Shown here piece after piece: positions 9,120 through 19,306 of a stretch of DNA of 64,000 nucleotides. The stretch spans positions 187,189 through 251,188 of the forward strand of contig JAGVWE010000004.1 in the NCBI GenBank assembly GCA_018304425.1, written 5' to 3'. The position numbers were made by a program, and so were the translations under genes. How positions within the stretch are numbered: the first letter of the stretch is position 1; each line of letters starts with the position of its first letter. Origin of the DNA: Candidatus Iainarchaeum sp. (GTDB lineage: Archaea > Iainarchaeota > Iainarchaeia > Iainarchaeales > UBA10219). Below the pieces are notes generated by a model, which had not been told where the DNA came from, did no database searches, and worked only from the letters and a program-made list of their open reading frames with translations.

Positions 9120-9891
9120 CGAAATCCTCGCCACCAAGGAACTCGAAGTCAAGGCCATGAAGAAGGCGGCCTTCCGCGAGCTCCCGCTCCCACGGGGAAC
9201 CTTCCGCTTGCAGGAAGCCCTCGCCCGCCGCGGGAGGCTGGGCCTGGTCGCGGAGTTCAAGCGTCGCAGCCCGGCCGCAGGGGGCCCGACCACCGAAGCA
9301 CCCGATTTACCGTCAGCCATGCAAGCCTATGCCCAGTGCGCGGACGCGGTTTCCGTGCTCGTCGACCAGCCGTTTTTCGGCGCGCAACCGGATGACCTCG
9401 AGCAAGCCGTGCAACGCACGCCCCTGCCCGTGCTCGCAAAAGACTTCGTCCTCGCCAAGCCCCAACTGGATGCCTTCCACTTCCGGGGAGCGAGCGCCAC
9501 CCTGCTCATCGGGAGCATCCTCGGCAAACGCCATTTACAGGGCTTATACGCCTATTCCGTGGAACTCGGCCTGGATGCCCTGGTCGAAGTCCACTCCGCC
9601 GAAGAACTCGGCGTGGCCCTGGACCTGAACGCCCAACTCATCGGCGTCAACAACCGCGACCTGCGCTCGTTCAAGGTGGACCTGGCCACCACCCGGCGCG
9701 TGCTTGACTCGGCTTCCCCCAACGACTTGCGCGGTAAAATCATCGTCTCCGAGTCCGGCTATTCCTCGCTCGATGACCTCCACCGCGCCTACGCGGACGA
9801 GCGCGTGAACGCGGTCCTGGTCGGCACCTCGCTGATGGAGAACCCCAAGCTCTGCTTTGCGTTCCGCAGGCACTTCGGAGGAAAAACATGA
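9106..9891 (+). CDS. trpC: Indole-3-glycerol phosphate synthase
   Basis: [33 protein letters not shown]. Confidence 0.95.
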   Translation: MHLLDEILATKELEVKAMKKAAFRELPLPRGTFRLQEALARRGRLGLVAEFKRRSPAAGGPTTEAPDLPSAMQAYAQCADAVSVLVDQPFFGAQPDDLEQAVQRTPLPVLAKDFVLAKPQLDAFHFRGASATLLIGSILGKRHLQGLYAYSVELGLDALVEVHSAEELGVALDLNAQLIGVNNRDLRSFKVDLATTRRVLDSASPNDLRGKIIVSESGYSSLDDLHRAYADERVNAVLVGTSLMENPKLCFAFRRHFGGKT

Positions 9892-11069
9892 AAGCGAAAG
9901 GATACTTCGGCGAGTTCGGCGGTTCGTTTGTCGCGGAAACCCTCCTGCAGCCCCTCAGGGAACTTGGGCAGGCCTTCGAGTCGGCAAAGCGCTCGAAGCC
10001 CTTCCAGCGCGAACTCGATTCCCTGCTCCGCGACTATGCAGGCAGACCCACCGCGTTGACCTACTGCTCAACCCTCTCGCGCCGGCTCGGCTTCAAGGTC
10101 TACCTCAAACGCGAAGACCTGCTGCACACGGGGGCACACAAGCTCAACAACGCGTTGGGCCAGGCGCTCCTCGCGCGGACCATGAAAAAAAAGCGGCTCA
10201 TCGCCGAAACCGGGGCCGGCCAACACGGAGTGGCGACGGCAGTCGCCGCCGCGCGGCTCGGCTTGAAGGCAGAGGTCTACATGGGCACGGTCGACATGGA
10301 GCGCCAAAAACCGAACGTGCAACGCATGCGCCTCTGCGGCGCGGAAGTGAGGCCCGTGCCCTCCGGCTCGAAAACCCTCAAAGACGCCATTAACGAGGCT
10401 TTACGCGATTGGTCTGCCTCGTTCGAGGACACCCATTACCTGCTTGGCTCGGTGCTGGGCCCGCACCCCTTCCCCTCGATGGTCGCACATTTCCAGTCCG
10501 TCATCGGGCGCGAAGCCCGTAGGCAATTGCTCAAAACCGAGGGCAGGCTGCCCGACCAGGTCATTGCCTGCGTGGGCGGAGGCAGCAACTCCATCGGGGT
10601 CTTCCAGGCGTTCCTCGGCGAGCCATCGGTGAAGTTGACGGGAGTGGAGGCCGGCGGCCACGGAATCCGGTCCGGCCTGCACGCGGCCCGGTTTGCGGGA
10701 ACGCCCGATGCAGGGGTTGGAGTCGTGCACGGCACGCGCACCTTCGTCTTGCAGGACGCCTTTGGCCAGATCAAGAACACGCACTCGGTTTCCGCGGGCC
10801 TCGACTACCCCGCGGTGGGGCCCATGCATGCGCGGCTCCGCGCCGATGGCCGCGTGGAATACGTCTCGGCCACGGACCCGGAAGCCCTGAAGGCGTTCAC
10901 GTTGTTGTCGGAAGCCGAGGGAATCATTCCCGCCCTTGAAAGCGCGCACGCCCTCGCCCACCTCTCCAGGCTCAAGGGCAAGCTGAAACGGGACGCGATT
11001 GTTTTGGTCAACCTCTCGGGGCGCGGCGACAAGGACCTGGACACGGCCTGCAAGGAGTTGAACCTATGA
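9888..11069 (+). CDS. trpB: Tryptophan synthase beta chain
   Basis: [40 protein letters not shown]. Confidence 0.98.
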   Translation: MKAKGYFGEFGGSFVAETLLQPLRELGQAFESAKRSKPFQRELDSLLRDYAGRPTALTYCSTLSRRLGFKVYLKREDLLHTGAHKLNNALGQALLARTMKKKRLIAETGAGQHGVATAVAAARLGLKAEVYMGTVDMERQKPNVQRMRLCGAEVRPVPSGSKTLKDAINEALRDWSASFEDTHYLLGSVLGPHPFPSMVAHFQSVIGREARRQLLKTEGRLPDQVIACVGGGSNSIGVFQAFLGEPSVKLTGVEAGGHGIRSGLHAARFAGTPDAGVGVVHGTRTFVLQDAFGQIKNTHSVSAGLDYPAVGPMHARLRADGRVEYVSATDPEALKAFTLLSEAEGIIPALESAHALAHLSRLKGKLKRDAIVLVNLSGRGDKDLDTACKELNL

Positions 11070-11878
11070 CCCCGGCTTCCATCGGGCAAACCCTTGCACG
11101 CCTCCGCGCGGAAAAAAAGCGTGCCTTCCTGCCCTTCCTGGTAGCAGGGCATCCCTCGTACGAGGAGTCCATGCGGTTGGCGCTGGCGGTCGCCGACCAC
11201 GCCGATGTCCTGGAACTCGGCCTGCCCTTTTCCGACCCCATCGCGGACGGTAAAACCATCCAAAAAGCCAGTTCCCTGGCCATAAAGCGGGGGATGGACA
11301 CGGAAACCTATTTCGGTTTCGTCTCCGAATTCACCCGGAAAACCAGGGGCCAGGTTCCCGTCCTCTGCATGACCTACTACAACCTCGTCCACCGGCTCGG
11401 CGTGCACGCCTTCACCGGGCGCGCGGCGGCTTCGGGCGTGAGCGGCTTGATAGTGGTGGACCTGCCCTTGGAGGAGTCGACCGCGCTGCAACGCGCGTGC
11501 GCGTTGAACGGCCTCGACCTGGTGCTGCTGGTCTCGCCCTCGACTCCCCCCGCGCGCGCCAGGAAAATAGCGGAAGCCTCGCGGGGCTTTGTCTACCTGG
11601 TTTCCTCGGTGGGAGTCACGGGCGCCAAGAAAAAGGTTTCCAGGCAAGCCCTTCGACTCATCCGCCGCGTGAAAAAAACCTGCAAGGGAAAACCCCTGTG
11701 CGTGGGCTTCGGCGTGAGCAACGCCGGGCAAGCGGCAACGCTTGCGCGCGCTGGCGCGGACGGCGTCATCGTGGGCTCGGCCCTGATTGACAAGGTAGGG
11801 GAGAAAAACTTTTCCGCGTCGCTGGCGCGCGTGCGCGCCCTCGCCGCATCCATCTCGGGAGGCTTGAAACATGTTTGA
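11066..11878 (+). CDS. trpA: Tryptophan synthase alpha chain
   Basis: [39 protein letters not shown]. Confidence 0.97.
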   Translation: MTPASIGQTLARLRAEKKRAFLPFLVAGHPSYEESMRLALAVADHADVLELGLPFSDPIADGKTIQKASSLAIKRGMDTETYFGFVSEFTRKTRGQVPVLCMTYYNLVHRLGVHAFTGRAAASGVSGLIVVDLPLEESTALQRACALNGLDLVLLVSPSTPPARARKIAEASRGFVYLVSSVGVTGAKKKVSRQALRLIRRVKKTCKGKPLCVGFGVSNAGQAATLARAGADGVIVGSALIDKVGEKNFSASLARVRALAASISGGLKHV

Positions 11879-13472
11879 GGATTCGCTGGCGGTCCTGCGG
11901 CAGGCCAAGCCCGGTTCCCTGGTGCCCTTCGTGCACACCGTGGACCGCGTGCTGGACGTGCCCGACTATTTTTCGAAGCTCTCCGACTTTGGGAGAAAAC
12001 CCGGCAGCGTCTTGTTCGAGTCCGCGGAAGTGGTTTCAGGGTACGGCGAGCACAGCCTCGGGTTCGCCGAGCCCATCCTCCGGGCTTCCTTCGCCGACCC
12101 CGAACTGCGGATAACCGCCTTAAGCCCCCAAGGCGAGCGGTTCCTGGCCTTCGTGGGCGAGAAACCCTTCTCGTTCGTCGAAGGACTGGAGTTCTCAGCC
12201 AAGCAAGTAAAAGGCATCATTCCCCGCAAGGCGTTCAAGGGTTCGGAGGACGAAAAGTTCGCCGAGAAAACCCCCTTGGACGCGCTCCGCGTCCTGGCCT
12301 TCACCTTCAAGCCCACACTCCAGCCCTTCAAGTGCTCGGGCGGCCTGTTCGGGCTGTTCTCCCACGACTTCATCGACCGCTTCGAGGAACTGCCGCCCCT
12401 GGCGGAAAGGCCGGAACCCGACTACGAGTTCTACTTCGCGGATTCCCTGTTCTTCGTCGAACACCAGAAGAACAAAACCCACTTCATCGCCAACGCGTTG
12501 GTTTCGGACGATGACTCCGATGAGCAGGAAGCCTATTGCCGTGCCCGCCTCGACGCCTTGCTCGACAAGTTCAGCGACGCGCGTCCCCTAACGCCGCGGT
12601 TCGCGCCCAAACAGGCAGGCCCAGGCAACGAATCCATTTCGGAGAAAAGCTTTTTCGCAGGCGTCAAGGAAATCAACGAAAACATCCTGGCCGGCAACGT
12701 CTTCCAAGCCGTCTTGAGCGCGGAAACAAGCCTCGACTTCAACGCCGTCCCCCTCGACGCCTACAAGGCGCTGCGCGCAACCAATCCCTCGCCGTACATG
12801 TTCTTTTTCGGCCTCGAGCGCGGCCAACTCCTGGCGGCCTCGCCGGAGATGGGGTACCGCGTGGACGGGAACGGCAATGGCCAGCGGTTCCTGGAAGTGC
12901 GGCCCATCGCCGGCACGCGGCCGCGCGGCCAAGACCCGGAAGAGGACGCCCGCCTCGAAGCCGAGCTCCTGACGGACTCCAAGGAACTCGCCGAGCACGC
13001 CATGCTCGTGGACCTGGCGCGCAACGACGTGGCCCGGGCTTCGGTTCCCGGCACGCGGCAGGTCTCGAAGCCGTTCACGGTCGAAAAGTACTCCCACGTC
13101 CAGCACCTCGTGTCCACCGTCCGCGGCCAGCTGCGACCGGAACTGGATGCCCTCCACTGTTACCCCGTGTGCATGAACCCGGGAACCCTGACAGGGGCCC
13201 CAAAACCAGAGGCCATGAAGCTCCTGCGCAGGCTGGAGAAAAAGGGCAGGGGCTTCTATGGGGGCCTGGCCTGTTACCTCACCCCAGCGGGCGTGCTGGA
13301 CTCGGCCATCGTCATCCGCGCCATCCGCCTCCTGGACGGCAAGGCGCGGTTGCAGGCAGGCGCCGGAATTGTTTTGGACTCGCGGCCCGGAGACGAGTTC
13401 GCGGAAGTCCAGGCAAAACTGGCGGCCTGCCGGGAAGCAGTCAAGAAATCGGGGGGCGTGCTGCTTGACTGA
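11871..13472 (+). CDS. trpE: Anthranilate synthase component I
   Basis: LFESA, NPSPYMF, PIAGTRPRG, KELAEHAMLVDLARND, GTLTGAPK. Confidence 0.96.
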   Translation: MFEDSLAVLRQAKPGSLVPFVHTVDRVLDVPDYFSKLSDFGRKPGSVLFESAEVVSGYGEHSLGFAEPILRASFADPELRITALSPQGERFLAFVGEKPFSFVEGLEFSAKQVKGIIPRKAFKGSEDEKFAEKTPLDALRVLAFTFKPTLQPFKCSGGLFGLFSHDFIDRFEELPPLAERPEPDYEFYFADSLFFVEHQKNKTHFIANALVSDDDSDEQEAYCRARLDALLDKFSDARPLTPRFAPKQAGPGNESISEKSFFAGVKEINENILAGNVFQAVLSAETSLDFNAVPLDAYKALRATNPSPYMFFFGLERGQLLAASPEMGYRVDGNGNGQRFLEVRPIAGTRPRGQDPEEDARLEAELLTDSKELAEHAMLVDLARNDVARASVPGTRQVSKPFTVEKYSHVQHLVSTVRGQLRPELDALHCYPVCMNPGTLTGAPKPEAMKLLRRLEKKGRGFYGGLACYLTPAGVLDSAIVIRAIRLLDGKARLQAGAGIVLDSRPGDEFAEVQAKLAACREAVKKSGGVLLD

Positions 13473-14085
13473 AACAGGCAAGGGCTTGAAGGCCTTGTTG
13501 ATTGACAACTTCGACTCGTTTTCCTACAACCTGGTGGACGAGTTCCGGAAGCGCGGCGTCGAGTTGGTCGTGTACCGGAACACGGTTTCCATCGCCGAAC
13601 TCCTGGAACTCGAAAAGCGGTTCCCATTCTCGCTCGTCATCCTCTCCCCTGGCCCGGCAAGTCCAAGGGAGGCCAACAACCTGATTCCCATCCTCCAGCG
13701 GTTCGCCGGCTCCAAGGTCTTGTTCGGGGTCTGCCTGGGCCACCAAGCCATTGCCGAGGCCTTTGGGGGAACGGTTTCCAGGGTCGCGCCCGTGCACGGC
13801 AAGCCCAGCCCGGTCGAGGTCAAGGCCTCCAAGCTGTTCGAGGGCCTGCCCCCGGTTTTGCGCGTGGCCCGCTACCACTCGCTGGCCGCCACCAAGCTGC
13901 CGGCCTGCCTCCACGAGACCGCGCGCACTCCGGATGGGGTCAACATGGCGTTGGAGCACGCCACGCTGCCGGTCTACGGCGTGCAGTTCCACCCGGAAAG
14001 CATTTTGACTCCGTTGGGTGGCCGCATCATCGACCGGGTCCTGGCCATCGCAGCAGAAAGGAGGGTTCTGCCTGCGCCTTTATAA
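13465..14085 (+). CDS. trpG: Anthranilate synthase component II (glutamine amidotransferase)
   Basis: IDNFDSFSYNL, LSPGP, GVCLGHQ, QFHPES; TTG start overlapping the trpE end. Confidence 0.93.
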   Translation: MTETGKGLKALLIDNFDSFSYNLVDEFRKRGVELVVYRNTVSIAELLELEKRFPFSLVILSPGPASPREANNLIPILQRFAGSKVLFGVCLGHQAIAEAFGGTVSRVAPVHGKPSPVEVKASKLFEGLPPVLRVARYHSLAATKLPACLHETARTPDGVNMALEHATLPVYGVQFHPESILTPLGGRIIDRVLAIAAERRVLPAPL

Positions 14086-14139
14086 ATCGGCAAACCAGGG
14101 GAAACGCTTAAATAGTTCCTGTACTGGAGGTGATATAGT

Positions 14140-14235
14140 ATGGAGCAATCGTTTGTCTGCCTGAACGCTGTTGCAGTTCCTTCTTTAGTCGGCAGACTGT
14201 TTGCTTCCTTGGTTGGATTCTATTATTTTTGGTAA
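14140..14235 (+). CDS. Aromatic-operon leader peptide, 31 aa, ending FYYFW
   Basis: TTAAATA box ~14108, RBS GGAGGTGA 14126-14133; MEQSFVCLNAVAVPSLVGRLFASLVGFYYFW*. Confidence 0.8.
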   Translation: MEQSFVCLNAVAVPSLVGRLFASLVGFYYFW

Positions 14236-14237
14236 CG

Positions 14238-14330
14238 GGCTCTCCCTAAGCCTCGCCTAGGCTGCTTTCTCGGAGAGCCTTTCCTCAATCCCAGCCTCGG
14301 CTACCCTCTTCTTGGAAGCGGATTTTTTTT
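14238..14330 (+). terminator. Putative attenuator: GGCTCTCC/GGAGAGCC hairpin and T8 tract before pheA
   Basis: Stem 14238-14245/14272-14279; TTTTTTTT at 14323-14330. Confidence 0.5.
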
Positions 14331-14341
14331 GGTGATAAGAC

Positions 14342-15400
14342 ATGCAATTGGAAGTTGAACGCAGGAAAATCGACGCAATCGACGAAAAAATCGCCGCGCT
14401 CGTTTCAGAGCGCCTCCAGGCAGCCAAGCGAATCGGCGTCCTCAAAGGCGGGAACGCCGTCCTCGTGCCCGGACGCGAGCACGCCATCCTGGACGCGCTT
14501 GCTTCTAGCCATCCCACCCTTCCCCGCAAGGCCTTCGAAGGCGTCTTCCACGAGCTCTTCGCCGCCTCCCGCGCCGCCCAGAAGCCCTTGCAGGTCGCGG
14601 TGCTGGGGCCGGCAACCAGTTACTCGCACCAGGCCGCGGCCAAGCGCTTCGGCTCCCTCCCGGAATTCGCGTTCCAGTCCTCGATTCCCGAGGTCTTCCT
14701 GGCCGTCGAAAAGGGCCTGGCCGACTACGGCGTTGTTCCCATCGAGAATTCCTCGGACGGCGCGGTCAACGCGACCTTCAACATGTTCCTGAAGTCCCAT
14801 GCAGGCATCGTGGCCGAGATAAACCTGGACATCGACCATTGCCTGGCCGGCAAGGTGCCGCTCTCCGCGGTCAAGAAGGTGTTCTCGCACCCCCAGGCCC
14901 TGGCCCAGTGCGCGCACTGGCTGGCCAGCCGGTTGCCGCACGCCGAACTCCTGGAAGCGGCCTCGACTTCCGATGCCGCGGAGAAGGCCCTGGTCTACCA
15001 CAGCAGCGCGGCGGTTTGCTCGGAGTTCGCGGCCCGGCACGCGGGCCTCGACGTCCTGGCTTCTTCCATCGCCGACGAAGCCCTGAACCGCACCCGGTTT
15101 TTAGTCATCGGCAATATTGAGGCCCGGCCCTTGCCCGGTGGCAGGGACAAGACCAGCCTCATCTTCAGTGTCCCGCACAAGCCCGGCGCGCTCGTCGAAG
15201 CCTTGAAGGTCTTCCAGGCGCATGGCCTCAACATCACCAAGATTTGGAGCCGGCCCACCTTGATCCAGAAGGACGCCTACGAGTTCTTCGTGGACTTCCA
15301 GGGGTTCGTCGGCGACAAAAAAGTGGAGCAGGCACTCGACGAGCTCCGCGTACCCTGTGGTTTCGTCAAGGTGCTTGGCTCGTTCCCGGAGGAGGACTGA
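14342..15400 (+). CDS. pheA: Chorismate mutase/prephenate dehydratase (P-protein)
   Basis: R..IDAIDEKI..L..ER; VPIENS..GAV, SHPQALAQC, NRTRF, ACT domain. Confidence 0.95.
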   Translation: MQLEVERRKIDAIDEKIAALVSERLQAAKRIGVLKGGNAVLVPGREHAILDALASSHPTLPRKAFEGVFHELFAASRAAQKPLQVAVLGPATSYSHQAAAKRFGSLPEFAFQSSIPEVFLAVEKGLADYGVVPIENSSDGAVNATFNMFLKSHAGIVAEINLDIDHCLAGKVPLSAVKKVFSHPQALAQCAHWLASRLPHAELLEAASTSDAAEKALVYHSSAAVCSEFAARHAGLDVLASSIADEALNRTRFLVIGNIEARPLPGGRDKTSLIFSVPHKPGALVEALKVFQAHGLNITKIWSRPTLIQKDAYEFFVDFQGFVGDKKVEQALDELRVPCGFVKVLGSFPEED

Positions 15401-15401
15401 C

Positions 15402-16415
15402 ATGATCATCAAGCTCAAGGCAAGCGCGTCCAAGGAAGCCATCCAGCAGGTCATCGACTTCGTGCGAGCCCATGGCCTCGACGTGGATGCGTCGCTTGGA
15501 AAGGAAGTGACCCTGGTGGGCGTCATCGGCGACACGCGGCAGCTCCCCAAGCAGGCCCTGGAGTTCCTGCCGGCCGTGGAAAAACTCATCCCCATCCTCA
15601 AGGACTACAAGCTGGCCTCGCGGGAATTCCACCCGGAAAACACCGTGGTCAAGGTCAACGGCCTGAAAATCGGCGGTGAACAGTTAGTTATTATGGCCGG
15701 GCCCTGCGCCATCGAAGGCGAGGAACAACTCCTGGAAGCCGCGCACGCCGTGAAAGAAGCCGGGGCCCACGTCCTGCGTGCCTCGGCCTTCAAGCCTAGG
15801 ACGTCGCCCTACGACTTCCAGGGCATGGGTGAGGAGGGCCTCAAGCTCCTGCGCAAGGCCAAGCAAGCCACCGGGCTCGTCACGGAGACCGAGGTCCTGG
15901 ACGTGCGGGATGTAGAGCTCGTGGCCAAGTACGTGGACATCCTGCGCGTGGGCGCGCGCAACATGCAGAACTTCGACTTGCTCCGGGAAGTCGGCAAAAT
16001 CGACAAGCCCGTCATCCTCAAGAACGGCATCTCCTCGACCCTCAAGGAGTTCCTGTTGGCGGCCGAGTACATCATGGCGGAAGGCAACCGGAACGTCATC
16101 CTGTGTTCGAGGGGCATCCGGACCTTTGAGACCCTGACGCGGTTCACCTTGGACGTGAACACGATTCCCCTCTTGCACAAGGAAAGCCATTTGCCGGTCA
16201 TCGTGGACCCAAGCCATGCCGCGGGCATCCGGGAACTCGTGCAGCCGATGTCCCGTGCCGCGGTCGCGGCCGGCGCGGACGGCCTGCTCGTCGAAGTGCA
16301 TAGCCACCCGGAAAAGGCGTTGTGCGATGGCAAGCAAGCCCTGCTCCCCTCCGATTTCAGGCAATTGATGTCGGACCTGCGGAAAATTGCGCCCATCGTG
16401 GGGAGAACAATGTAG
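15402..16415 (+). CDS. aroF: DAHP synthase, type I-beta with N-terminal regulatory domain
   Basis: MAGPCAIE, AFKPRTSPYDFQG, GARNMQNFDLL, VDPSH. Confidence 0.93.
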   Translation: MIIKLKASASKEAIQQVIDFVRAHGLDVDASLGKEVTLVGVIGDTRQLPKQALEFLPAVEKLIPILKDYKLASREFHPENTVVKVNGLKIGGEQLVIMAGPCAIEGEEQLLEAAHAVKEAGAHVLRASAFKPRTSPYDFQGMGEEGLKLLRKAKQATGLVTETEVLDVRDVELVAKYVDILRVGARNMQNFDLLREVGKIDKPVILKNGISSTLKEFLLAAEYIMAEGNRNVILCSRGIRTFETLTRFTLDVNTIPLLHKESHLPVIVDPSHAAGIRELVQPMSRAAVAAGADGLLVEVHSHPEKALCDGKQALLPSDFRQLMSDLRKIAPIVGRTM

Positions 16416-16424
16416 GCGGAACCC

Positions 16425-17690
16425 ATGGACCTGAAAATCAACCCCATCCAGGAAGTCAACGCCGTGCTCGAGGCGGTTCCCTCCAAGGCGGAGACTCTAC
16501 GCGCCCTTTTCTGCGCGTCCCTAGCCGACGGCGTCTCGCGCATCCAAAAGCCTTTAATCGCCGAAGACCAGTTTCTCTGCCTCAAGGCCCTGGAAGCCCT
16601 GGGCGTGCATTCCACGGTCAAGGCCTCCGCGCTGCGCGTGCAGGGCCTGGGCGGCCGCTTCCAGGTTCCCGAGGACAAGCTCTTCTTGGGCAACTCCGGT
16701 TTCGGCCTCCGCTGCCTGACCGCTCTTTCCTGCCTCGTCTCCGAGGGAAGGGTTACCCTCGACGGCTCCAAGGAAATGCGCCGCCGTCCGGTGGCCGAGT
16801 TGCTCGCGGCCTTGAACGCGCAGGGAGTAAAGGCCGCGAGCCTGAAGGCCAACGGTTGTCCACCCGTGCAGGTTGCAGCCGGCCGGCCAGCGGGTGGCAT
16901 CCTTTCCGTTGACTGCAGCCGCAGCAGCCAGTTCCTCTCCGGCCTCCTCTTGCTGGCGCCCTTCGCCGGGCAGGACACGGAACTCGTGCCTTCCGCGAAG
17001 TTCAGTTCCCGGCCCTTCGCCGACCTCACCATCGACTTCCTGCAAAAATTCGGCGTCGCCTGTACAGCCACCGGAAAAAACCTCGTGGTTCCCGCCGGCC
17101 AGCGCTTCAAGAAAACAACACTGCGCGTGGGTGGGGACTTCTCCGGCATGAGCGCGTTGCTGGCCGCGCCCATTCTCACCGGCGGAAAAATCGTCGTCAA
17201 GGGCCTGTGCAAGGATTCCCTGCAGCCTGACCGCTTTATCCTGGACGCGCTCCGCCGGATGGGGGCACAGGTGCATATGACTACAGAAAGCGTCCGCGTG
17301 GAAGCCAACGGCACCCCTCACCCCCTGGAAGCCGACTTCAACGCCTGCCCCGACCTAGTGCCAACCGTGGCCGTCCTGGCCGCCTTTGCTTCCGGTAAAA
17401 GCCGGTTGACGGGCATTGCCCACCTCCAGTTCAAGGAATCCAACCGCCTCAACGCGGTGGCCCGCGAGCTCAAGCGCATGGGCATCACGGCCCGGAAAGG
17501 CAGCGACTCGCTTGAAATCATCGGAGGCAGGCCCCGCGGCGCGACCATCCAAACCTACAACGACCACCGCATCGCCATGGCCTTCGCCCTCGCCGGCCTG
17601 AAAGCCAAGGGCATGAAAATCCTGGGCGCCCACTGCGTCGAAAAAAGCTTTCCCCGCTTCTTCGAGGAACTGGCAAGGGTGGGAAGATGA
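16425..17690 (+). CDS. aroA: EPSP synthase
   Basis: PSK...R, LGNSG, SSQFLSGLL, KESNRL, DHRIAMAF, KSFP.FF. Confidence 0.95.
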   Translation: MDLKINPIQEVNAVLEAVPSKAETLRALFCASLADGVSRIQKPLIAEDQFLCLKALEALGVHSTVKASALRVQGLGGRFQVPEDKLFLGNSGFGLRCLTALSCLVSEGRVTLDGSKEMRRRPVAELLAALNAQGVKAASLKANGCPPVQVAAGRPAGGILSVDCSRSSQFLSGLLLLAPFAGQDTELVPSAKFSSRPFADLTIDFLQKFGVACTATGKNLVVPAGQRFKKTTLRVGGDFSGMSALLAAPILTGGKIVVKGLCKDSLQPDRFILDALRRMGAQVHMTTESVRVEANGTPHPLEADFNACPDLVPTVAVLAAFASGKSRLTGIAHLQFKESNRLNAVARELKRMGITARKGSDSLEIIGGRPRGATIQTYNDHRIAMAFALAGLKAKGMKILGAHCVEKSFPRFFEELARVGR

Positions 17691-19306
17691 ACCTCGTGTT
17701 GATTGGTTTCCGGGGAACGGGCAAGACCGCCGTCGGCAGGGAAGTCGCGAAGGCGCTCGGTTTTTCCTTTGTCGACACCGACTGCTTGGTTGCGGAGCGT
17801 GCGGGCCGCCTTATCCCGGAAATCTTCGACAAGTTCGGCGAGCCGGGCTTCCGCGAACTCGAAGCCCAGGCCATCGCCTCCCTGGCGGGCGCGGACCACT
17901 CGGTCATTGCCTGTGGCGGCGGCGCGGTCCTGAACCCGGCCAATGTCGCGGCCCTCAAGCGCAACGGCCTCCTGGTGCTCTTGACCGCGGACGCCGATGA
18001 AATCAGCCACCGCATCCAGGGCAGCCAGCGGCCGCGGCTGACTTCCCTTGATGGGCTTGCGGAAGTCAAGCACCTGCTCCGCGAACGCGCGCCCCAATAC
18101 CAGCAGGCAGCCGACCACGTTCTCGACACCACCCGGCTCTCGGTGCCGGAAGCAGTCCAAGGTGTACTTGCCCTAGCCAGGGCTCCAAACCCCGGCAAAA
18201 GCCCTTCCACTGTTTCCGTGCCTGTCCTCGTCGGCACGCGGGACGCCCACGAAATCGTCATTGGCAACAGCGCCTTGGACCGGCTTTCCGCCCTCATTTC
18301 CCAAGCTCAGCCATCGGCCGTGGCCATAGTCTCCGGCACCGGCGTCCCGAAAGCCCCTGTCGCCTGCGTGAAAAAAACCCTGGAAGCCGCGGGCGTGCGC
18401 TGCGTCCTCGCTTCCTTGGATGACCGCGAGGCCAGCAAGCGCCTCTCAACCGTGGAAAAAATTTCGTCCACCCTGCTCGAGCAAGGCCTGGACCGGCACT
18501 CGCTGTTGATAGGCGTGGGCGGCGGCCTCACCTGCGACCTTGCGGGCTTCGTCGCCGCGACCTTCATGCGCGGCATCCCCCACGCCTTGATTCCCACCAC
18601 CCTGCTGGCCATGGTGGACGCGGCCATCGGGGGAAAGACGGGAGTCAACCTCTCCCAGGCCAAGAACGCAATCGGGTGCTTCAAACAGCCCCTGGCGGTT
18701 CTCATCCGGCCCGCGTTCCTGGACACGCTGCCCCCCAGGGAACTCCTCAACGGCTTCGCGGAAGCCGTCAAGCACGGCGTCATCGCCGACCCGGAACTGC
18801 TGGCCTTCATGGACCGGCACGCGGAAAAACTCCTGGCCCTGGACGAGTCTTTACTCGCGGAATTCATTGCCCGCAACGCCCGCATCAAGGCCGGCATCGT
18901 TTCCCTGGACCCCTCCGAGCAGGGCCCACGCAAGGCCCTCAACTTCGGCCACACCCTCGGCCACGCCCTGGAAGCGGAGGCCGGCTTCAAGGGCTTGAGC
19001 CACGGCGAGGCGGTTGCCATCGGGATGGTCTTCGAGGCCCGGCTCTCCCAGCGCCTGGGCGGCCTATCCGCCGTGGAAGCGGCCTCCCTGGAGCACCTGC
19101 TGGAAAAGCTCGGCCTGTCCACCCGCCTCCCGGCCTTGGACTCCGGGAAACTCCTGGCCCGCATGGCCTTCGACAAGAAGAACGAGGCAGGAACCATCCG
19201 CTTCGCGTTGCCGCAAGCCATCGGAAGGATGATGGACCCGGACGGCTCCTACTCGGTGCCCGTGCCCGTGCACGTCCTCCGCTCCCTCTTGGAGGCCCGG
19301 CCATGA
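17687..19306 (+). CDS. aroB: Shikimate kinase / 3-dehydroquinate synthase fusion (AroK-AroB)
   Basis: LIGFRGTGKT, GE..FRELE, CGGG; GGG...DLAGF, PTTLLAMVDAAIGGKTG, LNFGHTLGHA. Confidence 0.93.
   Translation: MNLVLIGFRGTGKTAVGREVAKALGFSFVDTDCLVAERAGRLIPEIFDKFGEPGFRELEAQAIASLAGADHSVIACGGGAVLNPANVAALKRNGLLVLLTADADEISHRIQGSQRPRLTSLDGLAEVKHLLRERAPQYQQAADHVLDTTRLSVPEAVQGVLALARAPNPGKSPSTVSVPVLVGTRDAHEIVIGNSALDRLSALISQAQPSAVAIVSGTGVPKAPVACVKKTLEAAGVRCVLASLDDREASKRLSTVEKISSTLLEQGLDRHSLLIGVGGGLTCDLAGFVAATFMRGIPHALIPTTLLAMVDAAIGGKTGVNLSQAKNAIGCFKQPLAVLIRPAFLDTLPPRELLNGFAEAVKHGVIADPELLAFMDRHAEKLLALDESLLAEFIARNARIKAGIVSLDPSEQGPRKALNFGHTLGHALEAEAGFKGLSHGEAVAIGMVFEARLSQRLGGLSAVEAASLEHLLEKLGLSTRLPALDSGKLLARMAFDKKNEAGTIRFALPQAIGRMMDPDGSYSVPVPVHVLRSLLEARP

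Noticed and set aside
14120-14125. TGTACT as a TrpY TRP-box
   Set aside because: Single imperfect hexamer and no trpY gene in the window
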